Source: a virus
Taxonomy: Duplodnaviria; Heunggongvirae; Uroviricota; Caudoviricetes
Virus record (IMG/VR): IMGVR_UViG_3300043411_002784
Length of the DNA stretch: 26,713 nucleotides
Direction: 5' to 3' (one strand)
In this document: positions 23,236 to 26,713 of the stretch, piece after piece
Layout: every line of letters starts with the position of its first letter
Position numbering within the stretch: position 1 is the first letter of the stretch
Made by a program: the position numbers and the translations under genes
The notes under the pieces: model-generated
Database searches by the model: none
What the model saw: the letters and a program-made list of their open reading frames with translations, nothing else
What the model was told of the DNA's origin: nothing

Positions 23236-23263
23236 GCCTGTCCGGCGGCTTCGCGTCCGGACG
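23236..23263 (+). repeat. Pseudoknot repeat 1 nt after a stop codon
   Basis: GCC-T-GTCCGGC-GGC-TTCGCG-TCCGGAC-G. Confidence 0.8.
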
Positions 23264-23316
23264 CGTGTCCGGACATGTCCGGACCTTGTGGCACTTGGTC
23301 TTTGGAGAAAGCCTTT

Positions 23317-23808
23317 ATGGGAAAGCAAACCGTCGCCAAGCGACGTCAGGTCAAACCTCCGGTCATCGACCGCTGGAAGCCCGTGCGGGCGGGACTTGTC
23401 TACTGTTCGCCGGCGTGCGGCCGCGGCTGCATGCGGGCGGAATACGATCGAGCCGTGCTCAAAGCGACGCGGCTCGCTCAGCGTCTGGGCCCTGGTTGGC
23501 GGACGCGCGTCTGGGAGAACCTGGGCTGGCACTGGTGCGTCTATTCGCCGAACGGCTGGGTCGAGGTGTCGGGCGGCGATCGCCACTTCACCGCCTGGGC
23601 CTTGCATCAGAAGTTCACGGCGGGCGGTTCGCCCATCGCCAGCGGGACGACGCCCGCCAAGGCCCTGCTCGCCCTGCAGGCCGTCATGGCGACCCAGGCC
23701 GATCAGTACGTGCTCGCCGCCGATCGCGTCACCAAGGCGATGAGCGTCAAGCTCCAGCTCAAGGCGGCCGGCTACCGGGGCAAATACGATGCGATGCTCT
23801 GCCGTTAG
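23317..23808 (+). CDS. Hypothetical protein (163 aa)
   Basis: GGAG then ATG at 23317; CSPACGRGC and PGWRTRVWENLGWHW. Confidence 0.85.
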   Translation: MGKQTVAKRRQVKPPVIDRWKPVRAGLVYCSPACGRGCMRAEYDRAVLKATRLAQRLGPGWRTRVWENLGWHWCVYSPNGWVEVSGGDRHFTAWALHQKFTAGGSPIASGTTPAKALLALQAVMATQADQYVLAADRVTKAMSVKLQLKAAGYRGKYDAMLCR

Positions 23809-23818
23809 GAATTAACAC

Positions 23819-23917
23819 GTGAAAACAATCTCGTTTTCGCGACGCCGCTGGGACGCGCTGGCCTGGGCAGGCTATCTTGCGTTCATGACGGTCGTCGCCT
23901 GGATCACTTGGAGCTAA
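23819..23917 (+). CDS. 32-aa membrane peptide, absent from the ORF track
   Basis: AGGA before GTG; RRRW followed by a hydrophobic helix. Confidence 0.5.
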   Translation: MKTISFSRRRWDALAWAGYLAFMTVVAWITWS

Positions 23918-23921
23918 CGTT

Positions 23922-25700
23922 TTGTACCACTACCGAGCGACTCTCGAAGCGATTAGCAGCTATCCGGAGAGTTCGACGGACGGCTACTTGTTCTTCATCG
24001 AGCGCCGTCTGCCGTTTGGATCTTGGGTCGCTCGCGAGACGCCGCGTCGCTTGCTGCGGCACGGTCCCGCCGAGCGTCTGGCCATCAAGCTCCGGTTCGT
24101 CGCGGGCGGTTTGCTCGTCGCCCTGCAGCTGCTCGTCGGCTGGCTGCTGATCGAGCTCCACGCGCGGCAAGGCTGGACGTTCGACCGCCTCTTCCTGTTG
24201 GCTCCGCTTCCCTTGCTCGTTTGGGCGTGGGTGATCGAGCACCAGGTCTACGGGATGGGCCTCACGTGGCGGCAGGCCTTTGAGCTGCTGACGGGGACCT
24301 GGCCCGAGGAAGAAGAAAAACCCGCCGCGGCGACGTCGCCGGCGGATCTTACGGAAGAGATCGTCACAGTCACCGTGACCGATGCGGACGGCAGGACGTA
24401 TCGCACCGACGGGATCGTCGACGGGCAGGCGATCATGCACTACTTGCCTGCGTCGGACGATTCGGGCTGCACGGGCCGGATCTTGCTGAACGGGATTCAT
24501 TGGACGAGCGAATCGTTGCCCCTGCAAGTCAATCGGAACGGCGACGCGTACGCGACGCCGCAGCCAAGCGAGTTCAGCGTCTTCGAAGACCCCGCCCCGC
24601 GGTCGCAGTGGCGGTCGCAGTTGCGGGGCTACAGTTACGTGCGGCGAGACGAACCGGGGGCCGACTACGCGACCTATCCGATCGAGTCGCCGCCGGCGGG
24701 CCTGACGGAGGAGCAGTACGCCAGCGCGACGCTAGCGCTGAACAACGTGCTCGATCGCGTCGCGACGCGGCGGGAGCGGCAAAGCCTTATTCTGGCGTGC
24801 TGCGACGACTGGATGCGGTTCGACGAGACCAGCGAGTCGCCGTTTGAGTTGCGTTGCGAGCTGCACTGTACGCACTGCAATCGGCGACAGCAGGTGGTGC
24901 TGTCGGCTGCGCAGCCTGATCGAGCGGACCTGGACCGACGGTTGACGGGCTATCAGTCGGAGCTGGAAACAGACGCGGCGCAGCGGGACGGGGGGAGCGA
25001 CGCGACGCCCGCGTGGCTGGAGTCGTCGCGAGCGCAGGTGACCGAGGCGATGCGCCGCGAGCTGCTCCGCCGTCTGACGCCGGCCGAAGAACAACTGCCG
25101 CAACTCTGCCATGGTCTCTATATGCCGCTCGAAACGATGTCGCTCGACGGTGCGGACGCCGTGTTTCATTTTCGCTGCCTCGTTTGTAACCGCGGGCATG
25201 ACGCGCGCACGCTATTCGCCGAACCGCCGGCGACGCCGGCGGCCGTCGCCGAGATCGAACAGACGTTCTTTCTCACGGACGACGTCAATCGTTTGACGTT
25301 TCCGGAGGCGGCGAGTCGTACGACGGAGTTCGTCGCGGCGGAGTACGAGCGCGTCGCCGCGACCTTGGCGACGGAGTTGCGTCGCGACGCGACGCCCACG
25401 GAAGTGGTGGCGACCTACCGCCGCTGCTGCCAGACGGTGATGGCCGTCAGTCATCACCATCTCACCGTGCGGGGGCCGGCGAAGGCTTTCAACGTCTTCG
25501 AGTTGCACTGCCTGCTCTGCTGCAAGACTGGCCGCGTGAACGTCACGGCGCCGAGACCGGGGGCTGTCACCGTTCCCCGCAAGCCGGAGCCGATCCGGGC
25601 CAATCTTGTGCGTTTCGATCGTCCCCCTCGCCGCTTGTTGAAGCGGCCTCCTCCAGGAGATTCCCATGGCCCGCAAACGGGTAAAGACCCGCCTGGCTAA
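23922..25700 (+). CDS. Membrane-anchored protein with three repeated C-x(~20)-[LF][HR]CxxC modules (592 aa)
   Basis: Two hydrophobic helices near the N-terminus; CxxC at 24867, 25176 and 25509; start codon uncertain. Confidence 0.75.
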   Translation: MYHYRATLEAISSYPESSTDGYLFFIERRLPFGSWVARETPRRLLRHGPAERLAIKLRFVAGGLLVALQLLVGWLLIELHARQGWTFDRLFLLAPLPLLVWAWVIEHQVYGMGLTWRQAFELLTGTWPEEEEKPAAATSPADLTEEIVTVTVTDADGRTYRTDGIVDGQAIMHYLPASDDSGCTGRILLNGIHWTSESLPLQVNRNGDAYATPQPSEFSVFEDPAPRSQWRSQLRGYSYVRRDEPGADYATYPIESPPAGLTEEQYASATLALNNVLDRVATRRERQSLILACCDDWMRFDETSESPFELRCELHCTHCNRRQQVVLSAAQPDRADLDRRLTGYQSELETDAAQRDGGSDATPAWLESSRAQVTEAMRRELLRRLTPAEEQLPQLCHGLYMPLETMSLDGADAVFHFRCLVCNRGHDARTLFAEPPATPAAVAEIEQTFFLTDDVNRLTFPEAASRTTEFVAAEYERVAATLATELRRDATPTEVVATYRRCCQTVMAVSHHHLTVRGPAKAFNVFELHCLLCCKTGRVNVTAPRPGAVTVPRKPEPIRANLVRFDRPPRRLLKRPPPGDSHGPQTGKDPPG

Positions 25701-26022
25701 TACGCGGAGCCCCGAAGATCGGCTTCGCAACGATCTGTACTATCAGGAGCACTTGCGAGATCAGCAGAACGAACGGATCGCGAAGCTGCTCAATCAGCTG
25801 TTTCCGCCGCTGACGCCCGTGTACGTGACGGACTGCACGGGCCGCCGGATGCGGGGGACGGTCGCCTGCTCGACGTCGACGTCGCACGTCGGTCTGGTGC
25901 CGGTGAAGTCGAGCGCGGGCAAGGTCCACTGGAAGTCTTGGAAGGACGTCCAGCGCGATCTGTCAGTCAAACAAACGTTGCGCGGCACGGTGAAGGAAAG
26001 CCGCGAGTTCGGCAAAGGCTAA
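25666..26022 (+). CDS. Basic hypothetical protein (118 aa)
   Basis: AGGAG Shine-Dalgarno. Confidence 0.8.
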   Translation: MARKRVKTRLANTRSPEDRLRNDLYYQEHLRDQQNERIAKLLNQLFPPLTPVYVTDCTGRRMRGTVACSTSTSHVGLVPVKSSAGKVHWKSWKDVQRDLSVKQTLRGTVKESREFGKG

Positions 26023-26026
26023 CACG

Positions 26027-26311
26027 ATGAACCGAGAACAACTGACGAGCAGCATTCGCGTGGCCGTCTACGGCTGCGGCGTGACGCTGGAGCATTGCAA
26101 CAAGACGACGGCGGGCCTCTTGGACGTCATCGACGCCTACGTCGCTCACGTGACGGAGAAGCAAACGTTTTACTGCCATCGCTGCTACAAGGCGGGCGAC
26201 GGCGAGGTGACGGAAGAAGTCGCCGCCGCAGAGCTGGCCCAGGTCGGGCCGCCTCACTGCGGCGACTGCGGCGAACTGATGACGCTCGAACCTCTTGAGG
26301 CGCCCGCATGA
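26027..26311 (+). CDS. Zn-ribbon protein (94 aa)
   Basis: CHRC...CGDC. Confidence 0.8.
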   Translation: MNREQLTSSIRVAVYGCGVTLEHCNKTTAGLLDVIDAYVAHVTEKQTFYCHRCYKAGDGEVTEEVAAAELAQVGPPHCGDCGELMTLEPLEAPA

Positions 26312-26670
26312 GCCGTCCCGCCTGGGGCCACGTGACGCGTTATTGCATCCACTGCGGCGGGGTCGGCCCGCGGACGCAGGTCGTCGGCGGCTGGGCGCAC
26401 AAGCGCTGCCTGTCGACGGAGACGAAGGGGCCGTCCAAGGGCCCGCCCGCCAAGAAAGAGCCGGCGGAGAAGCTGCCGCCTATGTCCGCCTACAAGGACG
26501 CCAAGGTGAAGCTCCTCAAGGAGCTCCGCACGCAGGGCGGCGACGTGTTCAAGGCGGGTCTGATCCTGCGCGTGACCAGCTGGCACCGGGGGACGCTGGC
26601 CCTGTCGCATGCGAAGCTGGGCAACATCCGCTGCGTCGCTCGTCGCGACGTGGAGCTGCTCGAAAAATAG
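26308..26670 (+). CDS. Hypothetical protein with an N-terminal CxxC...HxxC motif (120 aa)
   Basis: GAGG Shine-Dalgarno; ATGA overlap. Confidence 0.8.
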   Translation: MSRPAWGHVTRYCIHCGGVGPRTQVVGGWAHKRCLSTETKGPSKGPPAKKEPAEKLPPMSAYKDAKVKLLKELRTQGGDVFKAGLILRVTSWHRGTLALSHAKLGNIRCVARRDVELLEK

Positions 26671-26686
26671 CGCGGGCGTTATTTGG

Positions 26687-26700
26687 TAACGTGCACGTTA
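26687..26700. promoter_or_regulatory. Perfect 14-bp palindrome TAACGTGCACGTTA
   Basis: Intergenic, in an AT-richer patch after the last gene. Confidence 0.45.
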
Positions 26701-26713
26701 TTCGGACCCAGCG

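Overview
High-GC window that looks like an accessory region of a large bacteriophage or phage-like element. About 50 mostly small, tightly packed genes lie on the + strand. No capsid, terminase or polymerase gene is in view, so the phage call is an inference from gene layout. A Planctomycete-type Rrf2 regulator and a PEP-CTERM protein point to a Planctomycetota host (inference). The dominant non-obvious feature is a family of about 64 (manual count) co-oriented copies of a ~28-nt element: S1a(3 nt)-T-S2a(7 nt)-S1b(3 nt)-loop(~6 nt)-S2b(7 nt)-C. Both stems show compensatory changes (10 different S1 pairings seen), which defines a compact H-type pseudoknot. Copies form a 21-unit non-coding array with unique spacers around a tRNA-like gene (6301-7752), sit directly against several stop codons, and occur 13 times inside the 1216-aa ORF, always in the same codon phase. 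I do not recognise the motif as a described RNA family; its function is unknown.
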